Source of the DNA: an uncultured Thermodesulfobacteriota bacterium | GTDB lineage: Bacteria > Desulfobacterota > CAZCTP01 | Reading direction: 5' to 3' | DNA length: 64,000 bases | Assembly: GCA_964501575.1 (NCBI GenBank) | Contig: CAZCTP010000001.1 | Span: forward strand, 21,566 to 85,565 | Shown here: positions 40,119-50,868 of the stretch, piece after piece | Layout: every line of letters begins with the position of its first letter | Numbering within the stretch: the stretch's first letter is position 1 | The notes under the pieces: generated by a model | The model's database searches: none | What the model saw: only the letters and a program-made list of their open reading frames with translations | What the model was told of the DNA's origin: nothing | Position numbers and translations under genes: made by a program

Positions 40119-41483
40119 ATGAAGCTTGCATCTATTATTCTTGCAGCAGGGAAGGGGAAAAGGATGAAATCCGAAATCCCGAAGGTTCTCCATCCAGTAT
40201 GTGGTTTCCCGATGCTTAAATATCCTGTTGATTTAGCCACAGGAATAGGGTCTGAAAAGATAATAGTGGTAATTGGACATAAATCTGAGGAGATAAAAGA
40301 GAGGTTTAAAGATATGGAAGTTACATTTGTAATCCAGAAGGAGCAGATTGGAACAGGAGATGCTGTTTTATCTACCTATGACGAATTGAAAGAGTTTGAC
40401 GGAATAATACTGATTCTTCCAGGTGATGCTCCATTACTTAAGAGCAATACAATATTATCAATGATAGAACATCATGAAAGATGTAATGCAGATATAACTA
40501 TATTATCATCAAGCTTTGATAATCCTGAAGGATATGGGAGGATTATAAGAGAGAATAACAGGGTATCTGAGATTATAGAGGATAAAGATCTTAGTGAAGA
40601 GTATAAGAATATCAAGGAGGTAAATAGTGGGGTATATTGTATAAATTCTAACATATTATTTAATTATTTGAGAATGATTAATAATGATAATAGTCAGGGA
40701 GAGTATTATCTTACAGATATAGTAAGACTGGCTGTAAAGAATGGGGATTTTGTATCTACTTTTAAAACTGATAATTCCTATGAGATCCTTGGAATAAATA
40801 ACCGGATAGATCTCGCTATTGTTAATGAAATAATGAGAGATGAAATAAATAATAGTTTAATGATTAATGGGGTTACAATAATAGATCCAAAGAATACGTA
40901 TATTGAAAGGATGGTTAAGATAGAAAGAGATAGCATAGTCTATCCTAATTCATATATTAGAGGTAATACGATAATTGGTGAGAGATGTATAATAGAGAGT
41001 GGTTCATGGATATATAATTCAATAATAGGAAATGATGCAGTTATAAAGGCTTTCTCTGTCATAACTGATTCTGTAATAGGTAATAATGTTTCAATAGGAC
41101 CCTTTTCCCATTTAAGACCTGAAACGAGAATTGAAGATAATGTAAAGATTGGAAATTTTGTTGAGGTTAAAAAATCTATTATTAAAAAGGGGTCGAAGGC
41201 TTCCCATCTATCATACCTTGGAGATGCTACGGTAGGAGAGGATGTTAATATAGGTGCCGGGACAATAACCTGTAACTATGATGGATTTAAAAAACATCCA
41301 ACAATTATTGGGGATAGAGCTTTTGTTGGTAGTGATACTCAATTTGTAGCTCCGGTGAAGGTTGGTGAAGATTCTGTAATAGGAGCTGGATCAGTAATAA
41401 CCAAGGATGTTCCAAAGGGAGCACTTGCTATTGCAAGGGGTAGACAAACAAATATTGATAACTGGAAAAAAAGGAAAAAATAG
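40119..41483 (+). CDS. glmU: Bifunctional UDP-GlcNAc pyrophosphorylase / GlcN-1-P acetyltransferase
   Basis: LAAGKGKRMKS, EVNSGVY, GEYYLTD, hexapeptide repeats, GAGTITCNYDG. Confidence 0.98.
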   Translation: MKLASIILAAGKGKRMKSEIPKVLHPVCGFPMLKYPVDLATGIGSEKIIVVIGHKSEEIKERFKDMEVTFVIQKEQIGTGDAVLSTYDELKEFDGIILILPGDAPLLKSNTILSMIEHHERCNADITILSSSFDNPEGYGRIIRENNRVSEIIEDKDLSEEYKNIKEVNSGVYCINSNILFNYLRMINNDNSQGEYYLTDIVRLAVKNGDFVSTFKTDNSYEILGINNRIDLAIVNEIMRDEINNSLMINGVTIIDPKNTYIERMVKIERDSIVYPNSYIRGNTIIGERCIIESGSWIYNSIIGNDAVIKAFSVITDSVIGNNVSIGPFSHLRPETRIEDNVKIGNFVEVKKSIIKKGSKASHLSYLGDATVGEDVNIGAGTITCNYDGFKKHPTIIGDRAFVGSDTQFVAPVKVGEDSVIGAGSVITKDVPKGALAIARGRQTNIDNWKKRKK

Positions 41484-43313
41484 ATGTGTGGAATAATAGG
41501 ATATGTTGGGAAGAGGGAAGCGTCCTCTATTCTTATTGATGGACTAAAGAGATTGGAATATAGGGGATATGATTCTGCTGGTATAGCTGTAATTTCAAAG
41601 AATTCTGTCAATATTTTGAAATCCCCGGGAAAACTTATAAATTTAGAAAGGCATCTAAAGGAAAATTATGTAGATGGTAATACAGGAATTGGACATACAA
41701 GATGGGCAACCCATGGTAAACCTTCTGAAAGGAACGCCCATCCTCATAGAGCAAGAGGGATTGTTGTAGTGCATAATGGAATAATTGAGAATTATATAGA
41801 ACTAAAGAAAAGGCTCAGAAAGGAGGGACATAAGTTCAGTTCTGATACAGATAGTGAGGTGATTCCGCACCTCATATATAGATTTATAAAAAAGGGATAT
41901 AGATTTGAGGATTCTGTCCCTATGGCTTTAAGGGAGCTAAAGGGCTCATATGCTATAGGAGTTATATATGAAGGTATGCCCGATACTGTTATAGGAGCAA
42001 GGTTTGGGAGTCCTTTAATTGTTGGTATAGGTAATGATGAAAACTTTATAGCTTCTGATATTCCTGCTATCTTACCCTATACAAATAAAATAATCTCACT
42101 TAATGATGGAGAGATAGCTATTATAAGAAAGAATAAGATTAAATTTATAGATCTTAATGATAGGTCTATTGATAAGAATTACAGGGTAATTGACTGGAAC
42201 CCTCTGATGGCAGAAAAGGGTGGATATAAGCATTTTATGCTTAAGGAGATATTTGAGCAGCCAAGAGCGATTTCGGATACAATAATGGGCAGGATATCCC
42301 AGGAAAAAGGTAGAATATTCCTCAATGATATTAACCTAAATAGGAAGGAGATCAAAAGATTAAAAAGAGTGTTTATTATTGGATGTGGCACATCATGGCA
42401 TGCTGGATTATTGGGTAAATTTTTTATAGAATCCTTTGGAGATATACCGGTTGAAGTAGATATCGGGTCGGAATTTCGTTACAGGGATCCTATTATAAAT
42501 AAAGATACACTGGTTATAGCTATAAGCCAATCCGGAGAGACTGCAGATACTATTGCTGCAGTAAAGGAGGCAAAGGAGAAGGGAGCTAAAATAATATCTA
42601 TATGCAATGTAGTGGAAAGTAGTCTGGTTAGAGAATCTGATGGTGTTATATATACACATGCAGGACCAGAAATAGGAGTCGCTTCTACAAAGGCGTTTAC
42701 TACCCAGATTGTATCATTATATCTATTATCTATGTATATTGGATATAAAAGAGAAGCAATCCAGGAAGATTCTTTAAAGACTATAATAGAGGAGCTTATA
42801 AAGATACCCGGTCAGGTTGAAGAAGTCCTCATGGCAAATGAATATATTGAGGAGGTAGCAAAGAAATATTTTACAAAAAGGGATTTCCTATATATAGCAA
42901 GAGGGGTAAATTATCCAATAGCGTTAGAGGGTGCTTTAAAGTTAAAGGAGATATCATATATACATGCTGAGGCATATCCAGCTGGTGAATTAAAGCATGG
43001 GCCTATTGCTCTCATAGACGAGAATATGCCTGTATTTGCCCTCTTGACCCAGAATCATGTATATGAAAAGATAATGAATAATATTGAAGAGGTGAAAACA
43101 AGGGGTGGAAGGATTATAGCCGTTTCAGAAAAAGGGAATAAAGATGCTAAAAAGATAGCAGATGATATATTGTATATTCCCCAAAATAATCCGTTTCTTA
43201 CCACAATACTTCTTACCATTCCTCTTCAATTATTTGCGTACTATATAGCTGTATTAAAGGGTACAGATGTGGATCAACCAAGAAATTTAGCAAAGAGTGT
43301 AACTGTAGAGTAA
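41484..43313 (+). CDS. glmS: Glutamine--fructose-6-phosphate aminotransferase
   Basis: MCGIIG, LEYRGYDSAG, GHTRWATHG, SQSGETAD, C-terminal PRNLAKSVTVE. Confidence 0.99.
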   Translation: MCGIIGYVGKREASSILIDGLKRLEYRGYDSAGIAVISKNSVNILKSPGKLINLERHLKENYVDGNTGIGHTRWATHGKPSERNAHPHRARGIVVVHNGIIENYIELKKRLRKEGHKFSSDTDSEVIPHLIYRFIKKGYRFEDSVPMALRELKGSYAIGVIYEGMPDTVIGARFGSPLIVGIGNDENFIASDIPAILPYTNKIISLNDGEIAIIRKNKIKFIDLNDRSIDKNYRVIDWNPLMAEKGGYKHFMLKEIFEQPRAISDTIMGRISQEKGRIFLNDINLNRKEIKRLKRVFIIGCGTSWHAGLLGKFFIESFGDIPVEVDIGSEFRYRDPIINKDTLVIAISQSGETADTIAAVKEAKEKGAKIISICNVVESSLVRESDGVIYTHAGPEIGVASTKAFTTQIVSLYLLSMYIGYKREAIQEDSLKTIIEELIKIPGQVEEVLMANEYIEEVAKKYFTKRDFLYIARGVNYPIALEGALKLKEISYIHAEAYPAGELKHGPIALIDENMPVFALLTQNHVYEKIMNNIEEVKTRGGRIIAVSEKGNKDAKKIADDILYIPQNNPFLTTILLTIPLQLFAYYIAVLKGTDVDQPRNLAKSVTVE

Positions 43314-43314
43314 T

Positions 43315-45396
43315 ATGCTTGAAGATTTGAATCCTAAACAGAGAGAAGCGGTAATTCATGAAGACGCTCCGTTGCTCGTAATAGCCGGGGCTGGGAGTGG
43401 AAAAACGAGGGTTTTAACCTATAGAATAGCCTATCTTATAAAGGTGAAAGTTGTAAAACCAGAAAATATATTAGCTGTTACATTTACTAATAAGGCTGCT
43501 AAAGAGATGAGAGAAAGAGTTGAACAATTATTAAATATTAAAAGCATAAACTTATGGATATCCACATTCCATTCTATATCTGCCAGGATATTGAGGAGTA
43601 ATAATAATATAGAGTTATTGGGATTTAAAAGAGATTTTGTAATATACGATGAAGATGATCAGATTTCACTTATTAAGGATTGTTTAAAAGAATTAAATCT
43701 GAGTGATAAGGTATTTAACCCCAGGCAGGTAATATCATTAATAAGTAAGATAAAGAACAATACCCGATACTATGATTATGATGAGGAGAGCCTGTTTAAT
43801 GAGAAAATTCAGGAGATTAAATCCCTATACCAAAGGAGACTTAAGGAGAGCAACGCGTTAGATTTTGATGACCTTATATTATTCACTATTAAGCTATTTA
43901 ATGAGAATGAAGATGTGCTGGAATATTATAGGAATAAATTTAAATATATAATGATAGATGAGTATCAGGATACAAATAGAGCTCAGTGGAGATTAATTTA
44001 TCAACTCTCCCAAAAGCATAAGAATATATTCGCTGTTGGTGATGAGGACCAATCTATATATAGATGGAGAGGAGCTGAAATATGGAATATACTCAATTTT
44101 GATAAGGATTTTCCCGGGACAAAGATAATAAAGCTTGAGCAGAATTATAGATCTACAAAAAATATAATTTCAGGAGCAACATATTTAATCAGTAATAATA
44201 GAGGAAGGAGAGAAAAGTTCTTATGGACGGATAACAAAGAGGGTGAATTAATAGAATATTTTAGAGGTAGGGATGAGGAGGATGAGGCTAAATTTGTTGC
44301 TAAAACTATTGAAGATATTAAAGAAAAATATAATATTTCCTATGAGAGCTTTTCCATATTTTATAGAACCAATGCTCAATCCCGAGTTTTGGAAGAGGAG
44401 TTAATTAAGAGGAGAATTCCATATACAATAGTTGGAGGGATAACCTTTTATGAAAGGAAAGAGATTAAGGATATATTAGCGTATCTTAAAATATTATTAA
44501 ATCCTTCAGATTCATTGAGTCTAAAAAGAATAATAAATTTTCCTCCAAGAGGGATAGGTAAAGGAAGTGTAGAAAAGATTGAAGAGTATGCTAAAAATGA
44601 GAGCATTCCTCTATATTATGCTATATTAGACCTGGTTAACAGAGACTACTTCCATACAAGAATAAAAAATGCATTAGCAACTTTTTTAAGTTTGATAGAA
44701 GAGTTTAAAGATAAGATGTATGAGATATCAGTTGCGGGATTAATAATGGATATTATCGAAAGAAGTGGGATGCTTGACTATTTTAAAAATGAGGGTGAAG
44801 AGGAAAGGATTGAAAATCTGAAAGAGCTTGTATACGCTGCAAAAAAATTTGAAGAAGAAAATGAGGATAAAGATTTAGGAAGTTTCTTAGACAGAATATC
44901 TTTAATTAGTGATATTGACATATATAATAAGGGTGATTATGTATCATTAATGACTCTGCATAATGCCAAGGGTTTAGAATTTGATACCGTGTTTATTGTG
45001 GGAGTTGAAGAAGGGTTCTTACCACACTTTAAGTCTCTTACGGATAACGAGGAAATTGAGGAGGAAAGAAGGCTTTTTTATGTTGGGATGACAAGAACAA
45101 AGAACAGATTATTTATAAGCAATGTGGAAAGAAGAGGGGTGTTCGGATGGCATAGAGAGGGAATTCCATCAAGATTCATTAAAGAAATTCCTGATATATA
45201 TATAAAAAGAGTCGGTATCAGTGAAGATAGTGAAATATTATTTATTCCTGGTATGAGGATAAAACATCCAGTATGGGGAATAGGAACTGTTAGGCTAAGA
45301 GAAGGAAACGGAAGAGATCAGAGAATAATTGTCCATTTCCCGGATGTAGGATACAAGAAAATAGCTACAAAATATGTAGATCTTGAGGTTATTTAA
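43315..45396 (+). CDS. pcrA: ATP-dependent DNA helicase PcrA/UvrD
   Basis: AGAGSGKT, TFTNKAAKEM, DEYQDTN, VGDEDQSIY, LEQNYRST, EEERRLFYVGMTR, C-terminal Tudor-like domain. Confidence 0.97.
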   Translation: MLEDLNPKQREAVIHEDAPLLVIAGAGSGKTRVLTYRIAYLIKVKVVKPENILAVTFTNKAAKEMRERVEQLLNIKSINLWISTFHSISARILRSNNNIELLGFKRDFVIYDEDDQISLIKDCLKELNLSDKVFNPRQVISLISKIKNNTRYYDYDEESLFNEKIQEIKSLYQRRLKESNALDFDDLILFTIKLFNENEDVLEYYRNKFKYIMIDEYQDTNRAQWRLIYQLSQKHKNIFAVGDEDQSIYRWRGAEIWNILNFDKDFPGTKIIKLEQNYRSTKNIISGATYLISNNRGRREKFLWTDNKEGELIEYFRGRDEEDEAKFVAKTIEDIKEKYNISYESFSIFYRTNAQSRVLEEELIKRRIPYTIVGGITFYERKEIKDILAYLKILLNPSDSLSLKRIINFPPRGIGKGSVEKIEEYAKNESIPLYYAILDLVNRDYFHTRIKNALATFLSLIEEFKDKMYEISVAGLIMDIIERSGMLDYFKNEGEEERIENLKELVYAAKKFEEENEDKDLGSFLDRISLISDIDIYNKGDYVSLMTLHNAKGLEFDTVFIVGVEEGFLPHFKSLTDNEEIEEERRLFYVGMTRTKNRLFISNVERRGVFGWHREGIPSRFIKEIPDIYIKRVGISEDSEILFIPGMRIKHPVWGIGTVRLREGNGRDQRIIVHFPDVGYKKIATKYVDLEVI

Positions 45397-45408
45397 AGGA
45401 GGTTAAAA

Positions 45409-46743
45409 ATGGCATTCCTGAATTATTCTAAGAAGGAGTTAGATGCAAAGATAGTATATTATGGGCCAGCTCTATGTGGGAAAACAACAAATGTCAAGTT
45501 TATTCATGATAATATTAAGAAAGACCAGAGAGGTAAATTAATATCCATAGCCACCCAGACTGATAGGACTCTATTTTTTGACTTTCTGCCTATTGAACTT
45601 GGAGATATAAGAGGATTTAAGACGAGATTTCATATATATACTGTTCCAGGGCAGGTATTTTATAATGCTACGAGGAGAGCCGTCTTGACGGGGGTAGATG
45701 GTATAGTCTTTGTGGCAGATTCTCAGAGGAATATGTTAAACCAGAATATAGAGAGTATGAATAATTTAGAAGAGAATTTAGCCACTTATGGGAAAAAACT
45801 TGAGAATATTCCCCATGTAATGCAATATAATAAAAGAGATTTATCAGATATCTTATCAGTAGATGAGTTAAATAAGAAATTAAATAAATACGAAGTTGAA
45901 TACTTCGAATCCATAGCTATTAATGGCAAAGGTGTTTTAGAAACCCTCACAGCTATATGCAAATCAGTCTTAAAGAGTTTAAAAGAGCAGCCAAACATAG
46001 AAAGTGTTGCTACTGCAGAGAAAGAGGATGTTGAGAAACTTCATGAAATAAAGGAAGAAGAAGAGATTGAAGAGGTAAGGGAAGAAGAGGAAATAGAAGA
46101 GATAAGAAAGATTCCTTCTGAAGAAGCTTCTAATATAGTTGACTTTGGTAGTTTAAAGGGTGAAGAGTTAGAAGATATAGCAGAAGGGGAGAGCCAGTTT
46201 AGCGAAGAAGGAGCATTAGAAGAGATAAGAGAAGAGGATCTGGAAGTTATAAGTGATGAGTCTCAAATGGATATCGAAGAAATTGCTGAGGTAGAAGAAA
46301 TTGAAGAAATAGAATCGAAAGAAGAAGAAATTAAAGAAGAGCCGCCCGAAGAAGCGGTTGTTAAAGAGAAAATTACTAAAGAGATTAAAGTTACAAGGGC
46401 TGGAGAACCAGAAAGTATCACTCAGACTTTAATAAAAATACCTCTCTCATTGAAATTGCCAGATATAGATAGAGAATATTCCTTTACATTATCAATAAGT
46501 ATTGAAAATCTCGAGTTGAAGATTAAGACAGATGAAAAGGGAAAAGAATATGTGGAGAAAGAGATATATGAGGAAAATTTAGCTGAGGAGAGTAATACAA
46601 TGTGTGAGGAGAAAGAGAACAATATAGAAGATAGCAGTATTAAATCATCAAAAACCTCTGAACTTACTGAAGAATATAAATATAAGGATTCAAATAATGT
46701 TGATATGGAAGGAGATGTAGAGGATATAACAGATGATACCTAA
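45409..46743 (+). CDS. MglA-family small GTPase with a long Glu-rich C-terminal extension
   Basis: KIVYYGPALCGKTTN, TDRTLFFDF, YTVPGQVFY, QYNKRD in the first ~195 aa, then ~250 aa of acidic low-complexity sequence. Confidence 0.85.
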   Translation: MAFLNYSKKELDAKIVYYGPALCGKTTNVKFIHDNIKKDQRGKLISIATQTDRTLFFDFLPIELGDIRGFKTRFHIYTVPGQVFYNATRRAVLTGVDGIVFVADSQRNMLNQNIESMNNLEENLATYGKKLENIPHVMQYNKRDLSDILSVDELNKKLNKYEVEYFESIAINGKGVLETLTAICKSVLKSLKEQPNIESVATAEKEDVEKLHEIKEEEEIEEVREEEEIEEIRKIPSEEASNIVDFGSLKGEELEDIAEGESQFSEEGALEEIREEDLEVISDESQMDIEEIAEVEEIEEIESKEEEIKEEPPEEAVVKEKITKEIKVTRAGEPESITQTLIKIPLSLKLPDIDREYSFTLSISIENLELKIKTDEKGKEYVEKEIYEENLAEESNTMCEEKENNIEDSSIKSSKTSELTEEYKYKDSNNVDMEGDVEDITDDT

Positions 46744-46750
46744 TCTCTAT

Positions 46751-47911
46751 CTAAAGCTTATTTTTAAATATCTCATCTAAATATAAAGATTCTGTATCTT
46801 TTATCATCTTATCCAGGCTAAATAATTTTGCTCTTTCTCTACAATTTGTTGAGAACTTAGAATATAATTCTTTATTATTCAAGATTTCAATTACAGCCCA
46901 TGCTATTTTTTCGGGATTAGAAGGAGGAATTAATAGCCCTGTGATTCCATCTGTTACAATCTCTGGAACGCCTCCCACGCGGGTAGCGACTACTGGAACA
47001 CCAGAGGCCATAGCTTCTAATATAACTCTTCCCAGCCCTTCATTCAATGAACTCAATACAAATAGGTCAATTATATTCATTATTTCTGGGATATTATCTC
47101 TATTCCCCATAAATATTATATCTTCTGAAAGTTTAAGTTCTCCTGTTAATTCTTCTAAATAGGGTCTTAAAAGGCCATCTCCAACCAATAGAAACTTAAT
47201 ATTTTTATCTTTCATTTTATCTTTTATAATTCTACATCCTCTAATAAAATATTCGCATCCTTTAATCTTTTCGAGCCTTCCAATCCATCCTATAATTATA
47301 TTATCTAAATTAAAGCCGAACTCTTTCCTCAGAACCTCTTTATCTTTTTTGCAAAATCTATCAATATTAATGCCACAATATATTGTAGAAAATTTTTCTT
47401 CTTTTCCAATACCTAAGGATATATAATCTTTCTTTTCTATATTTGTAAGTGTTATTATTCTGTTTGTAACCTTTGCAGCCAGTTTTTCGAACCATATAAA
47501 AAGCCTTGTTTTAAATTTGCCAAAATATCCATAAAATATATGTCCATGTGGAGTATGAATAATTATGGGGACTCTATTTAAAAAAGCTGCGATTCTGCCA
47601 AGTATTCCAGCTTTTGATGTATGAGTATGGACTATGTCCGGGTTTTCAAACCTTATTATTTTATAAAGCTTAAATAGAGAATAAAGGTCGAAAACAGGAT
47701 TTATATCTCTTCTTAACGATGGAAGATATATAAGAATTCCTCGGGATTTCCAATCATCGATACTAAAAGAAGGAGCAACGGTTAGCCCGGCAATAAGTTT
47801 TATATCAAATATTTCCTTATCGAGGTTTTCAGCAAGTTCTCTAAATACATCAGCAGAGCCCCCTCTATCGAGTCTTGTAATTATCATTAAAACCTTTATC
47901 TTTTTGGTCAT
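46751..47911 (-). CDS. Glycosyltransferase family 4
   Basis: HTHTSKAG, IGRLEKIKG, SSLNEGLGRVILEAMASG. Confidence 0.92.
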   Translation of the reverse strand: MTKKIKVLMIITRLDRGGSADVFRELAENLDKEIFDIKLIAGLTVAPSFSIDDWKSRGILIYLPSLRRDINPVFDLYSLFKLYKIIRFENPDIVHTHTSKAGILGRIAAFLNRVPIIIHTPHGHIFYGYFGKFKTRLFIWFEKLAAKVTNRIITLTNIEKKDYISLGIGKEEKFSTIYCGINIDRFCKKDKEVLRKEFGFNLDNIIIGWIGRLEKIKGCEYFIRGCRIIKDKMKDKNIKFLLVGDGLLRPYLEELTGELKLSEDIIFMGNRDNIPEIMNIIDLFVLSSLNEGLGRVILEAMASGVPVVATRVGGVPEIVTDGITGLLIPPSNPEKIAWAVIEILNNKELYSKFSTNCRERAKLFSLDKMIKDTESLYLDEIFKNKL

Positions 47912-47921
47912 ATATATTTTT

Positions 47922-49079
47922 TTAATATCTATAAAATTCGGTGCATCTACTGCATACGCTGAATTTCTTTATCTTTTTTACCATTTTTCTGAAATTCTTA
48001 TATTTATCTCCATTCCATATCTTTTTAAACCTTTCTTTTTTGATATTACCCAAAGGATAATTAACGGAATGAAATTCTCTGAGAGAACCATCCGGGAAAA
48101 TATATGAAACCATCCATGGACTAATACATCTACATTTATAGGAAGAAGGGGTAAAATAAAATTTAGAATAGTAATTCCTTATCTCTTCTTCCTTAAAGTT
48201 TGGATAAAATGAGATATCAATCTCGGTTTTTTTATTCTTTACCTCTCTTATCTTATCGATAAGAAGTTCAATATCTATATTTGGCAGATTTTCCCTTATA
48301 AATCCACTCCAATCGAGAATTGAGCTGTTAAACTCTCTATTAAAGATTTCTTCCGTTTCTTTATATATCTCTTTACTTATAAATATTAGATGATGGAATG
48401 TTATTGATTTAGCTCCAATAGAAGATGCTATATCCACCATCTTATCAAGTTCATGATAGTTTTCCTCAAATATGGTTGAAGCAATATTTATATGGGGTTT
48501 TTTGTTCTTTATTTTTAGATCTTTAATCTTTCTTAAACCCTCATAAGCCCTATTAAAAACTCCTTTAGCTCCTCTTATTTTATCATGGGTATCTCTGCTT
48601 CCATCTAACGAAAATATGATCTCATCCACTCCAATATTCACAATATCATGAGCATTGTTACTCAACAGTATTCCATTTGTTATTATGTTACATCTAAGTC
48701 CTGCTGACTTTATATATTTTACTATTTTGATCCAGTCTTTATGTAAGAGCGGTTCACCTCCAAATAAAGTAATATTTGGTTTAAATGATTTAACATCATC
48801 AATCACTCCTTTTATATCTTCGAATGATAGCTCTTGACGGAGAACACTTTCTGTATATCCTCTCGATACCCCTCCCTCTCCCCACTGCCCACACATCTTA
48901 CACCTTAAGTTACACCTGTAGGTTAAAAATAGAGAGATAGTTTCAGGATAACTGCTATATCCATTAAAAAATTTATATGTAAGATAGGATAGGAATCTTC
49001 TCTTAAATGCCTGATAACCATATTGGGGTTCAGATAGGGTTTTATAAAAAGCTCTTTTTATATTCCTGAAGGGAATCAT
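47922..49079 (-). CDS. Radical SAM protein with a SPASM/Twitch-like C-terminus
   Basis: CNLRCKMC, TLFGGEPLLH, ITNG, FSLDG; tail CISPW...PDG...GNI...IWN...CSRC. Confidence 0.92.
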   Translation of the reverse strand: MIPFRNIKRAFYKTLSEPQYGYQAFKRRFLSYLTYKFFNGYSSYPETISLFLTYRCNLRCKMCGQWGEGGVSRGYTESVLRQELSFEDIKGVIDDVKSFKPNITLFGGEPLLHKDWIKIVKYIKSAGLRCNIITNGILLSNNAHDIVNIGVDEIIFSLDGSRDTHDKIRGAKGVFNRAYEGLRKIKDLKIKNKKPHINIASTIFEENYHELDKMVDIASSIGAKSITFHHLIFISKEIYKETEEIFNREFNSSILDWSGFIRENLPNIDIELLIDKIREVKNKKTEIDISFYPNFKEEEIRNYYSKFYFTPSSYKCRCISPWMVSYIFPDGSLREFHSVNYPLGNIKKERFKKIWNGDKYKNFRKMVKKIKKFSVCSRCTEFYRY

Positions 49080-50296
49080 TTGTGTAGTTCCGTATAAATA
49101 ATTTCTATAACTCTCTTTAAATCTTTTTCTCTGATAAGGGGATGGACAGGAATAAGGAGGAGTCTCTTTGACATGTAGGTTGCATTAGGGAAAGGGTCCT
49201 CGGAATCTTCTAAAGAGCTATACGGATAGATTTTATGGATAGGTTTGTCATAAAGAGTTGTTACTTCAATACCTGCCTTTACAATCTTTTTAAATAGGAT
49301 ATCTCTCTTGAGAGGATCTTCTATAATGAGAGGGAATTGATTGAATATTACTCTAAAACTATCAGGTATATAGGGAAGTCTGATTCCAGGGATCTCCTTT
49401 AATGAATTATATATATAGTATCCTTTATTTTTCCTTTCTATAAAGATATTTTCTTTTTTTCCAAGCAGTGATAGTCCTAATGCTCCCTGAAAAAAGGTAT
49501 ATTTATATGATTCAAAATCTTCATGAAGGTTTGTATGCTTAAATCGAGAGATAAAAGGATAAAATGAGGTATAGAACCATGGTCTTACTGCTAAAGATAG
49601 GCCGAGTCCTTCAATATATATTTTAATTTTTTTTGAAATAGCAGGCTGATCAAGAGCATCTATCTCCCTTTTTACCTCCATCCCAATATCCTTATTATTG
49701 GTAATTATAGCTCCTCCTGCTATTGTAGAAAGATTTTTACCCCTATTAAAGCTTAAGAAACCACTATCTCCCTCGGTTCCTGTATAAAGTCCGTTATTCT
49801 TTTGGGTTCCAAAGGAGGATGCTGCATCTTCAATAATATGGAAATTAGTCCCGGTATTTTTTCTTAAAATAGCCAGTTTTTCAATTGAGCATGGTAGACC
49901 AAAGAGATGGACTGCAAGAACAGCAAGAGTTTTTGGACTTAACATTTTATCTAATAAGTCCTCATCCATATTAAAGGTTTTAATTGACATGTCTACAAGT
50001 TTATAGGAAAGCCCCAGTTTTTTTATAGGCAAAACAAGTGATGGAGCAGTATAGGCAGGTAAAATTACCTCTTTTTGGGAATTATTATTCCCACCTAATT
50101 TTTTAAGCACTTTTAATATTATGTAAAAAGCTGTGGTTCCTGAATTAACAAGAAAGCAATATTTGGTATTCAAAATATCCTTTAGGGCTCCTTCCATATT
50201 AGCTACCGGAGGATTCTGTCTCTTAATAAATGGTAATAAGGAAGCCTTAATAATATCATTTATTCCTATTGGTGTCCCTGCTGAAGGAATTTTCAT
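49076..50296 (-). CDS. DegT/DnrJ/EryC1/StrS PLP-dependent sugar aminotransferase
   Basis: NSGTTAF, AVHLFG, IIEDAA, SFNRGKNL (PLP Lys), GGAI. Confidence 0.85.
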   Translation of the reverse strand: MKIPSAGTPIGINDIIKASLLPFIKRQNPPVANMEGALKDILNTKYCFLVNSGTTAFYIILKVLKKLGGNNNSQKEVILPAYTAPSLVLPIKKLGLSYKLVDMSIKTFNMDEDLLDKMLSPKTLAVLAVHLFGLPCSIEKLAILRKNTGTNFHIIEDAASSFGTQKNNGLYTGTEGDSGFLSFNRGKNLSTIAGGAIITNNKDIGMEVKREIDALDQPAISKKIKIYIEGLGLSLAVRPWFYTSFYPFISRFKHTNLHEDFESYKYTFFQGALGLSLLGKKENIFIERKNKGYYIYNSLKEIPGIRLPYIPDSFRVIFNQFPLIIEDPLKRDILFKKIVKAGIEVTTLYDKPIHKIYPYSSLEDSEDPFPNATYMSKRLLLIPVHPLIREKDLKRVIEIIYTELHK

Positions 50297-50298
50297 AC

Positions 50299-50868
50299 TT
50301 ATCTCTTTCTAAAAATCATTATATATCCAAATGATAAAAACCTAAATTTTAATCCCACAGGCTCAATTTTTTCTAAATAGCAGTCAAGTTTTTCTAATAT
50401 TTTTATTATATCATCAGGGATGTAGGAGATGGTTGGAAATCCTCCTTTTTTCATATGCCACCAATATTTAAACTTAAGTAATGGATTTCTTTTGTTTCTT
50501 ATATCTATTAATATTCTTCCCCCTGATTCAGTAACCCTCATCATTTCAATAAATCCCTGGTTAAAATTGTCTAACGAGTCGAAATTATATATAGTATTAA
50601 AGCATAATACAGTTCTTATTGAGGAATCTTTAAATGGTAAAAGGAAAATGTCTCCCCTTATCAAAGCCGCTTTAGAATCTTTAGCAGAAATAAGTTGCTC
50701 CTCTGAGATATCTAATCCAAAAATCTTAAGATCTGGATTTGATTTTAGAAGTTTTAACATATCTCCTTTTCCGCATCCTAAATCTAATATTCTTCCACTA
50801 AGCCCTTTACAGATCTTTTCTGCCTTTTTAAGAACCATATTTAAAATATAGCCTTTGAAAGGATTCAT
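50299..50868 (-). CDS. Class I SAM-dependent methyltransferase
   Basis: ILDLGCGKG, GLDISEEQL, GDIFLLPF. Confidence 0.9.
   Translation of the reverse strand: MNPFKGYILNMVLKKAEKICKGLSGRILDLGCGKGDMLKLLKSNPDLKIFGLDISEEQLISAKDSKAALIRGDIFLLPFKDSSIRTVLCFNTIYNFDSLDNFNQGFIEMMRVTESGGRILIDIRNKRNPLLKFKYWWHMKKGGFPTISYIPDDIIKILEKLDCYLEKIEPVGLKFRFLSFGYIMIFRKR

Noticed and set aside
39840-40193. 117-aa minus-strand ORF
   Set aside because: It overlaps the glmU start antisense, has no recognisable domain and runs through palindromic intergenic DNA.
43290-43330. Tn7 insertion at attTn7 downstream of glmS
   Set aside because: pcrA starts 1 bp after the glmS stop, so no element is inserted.
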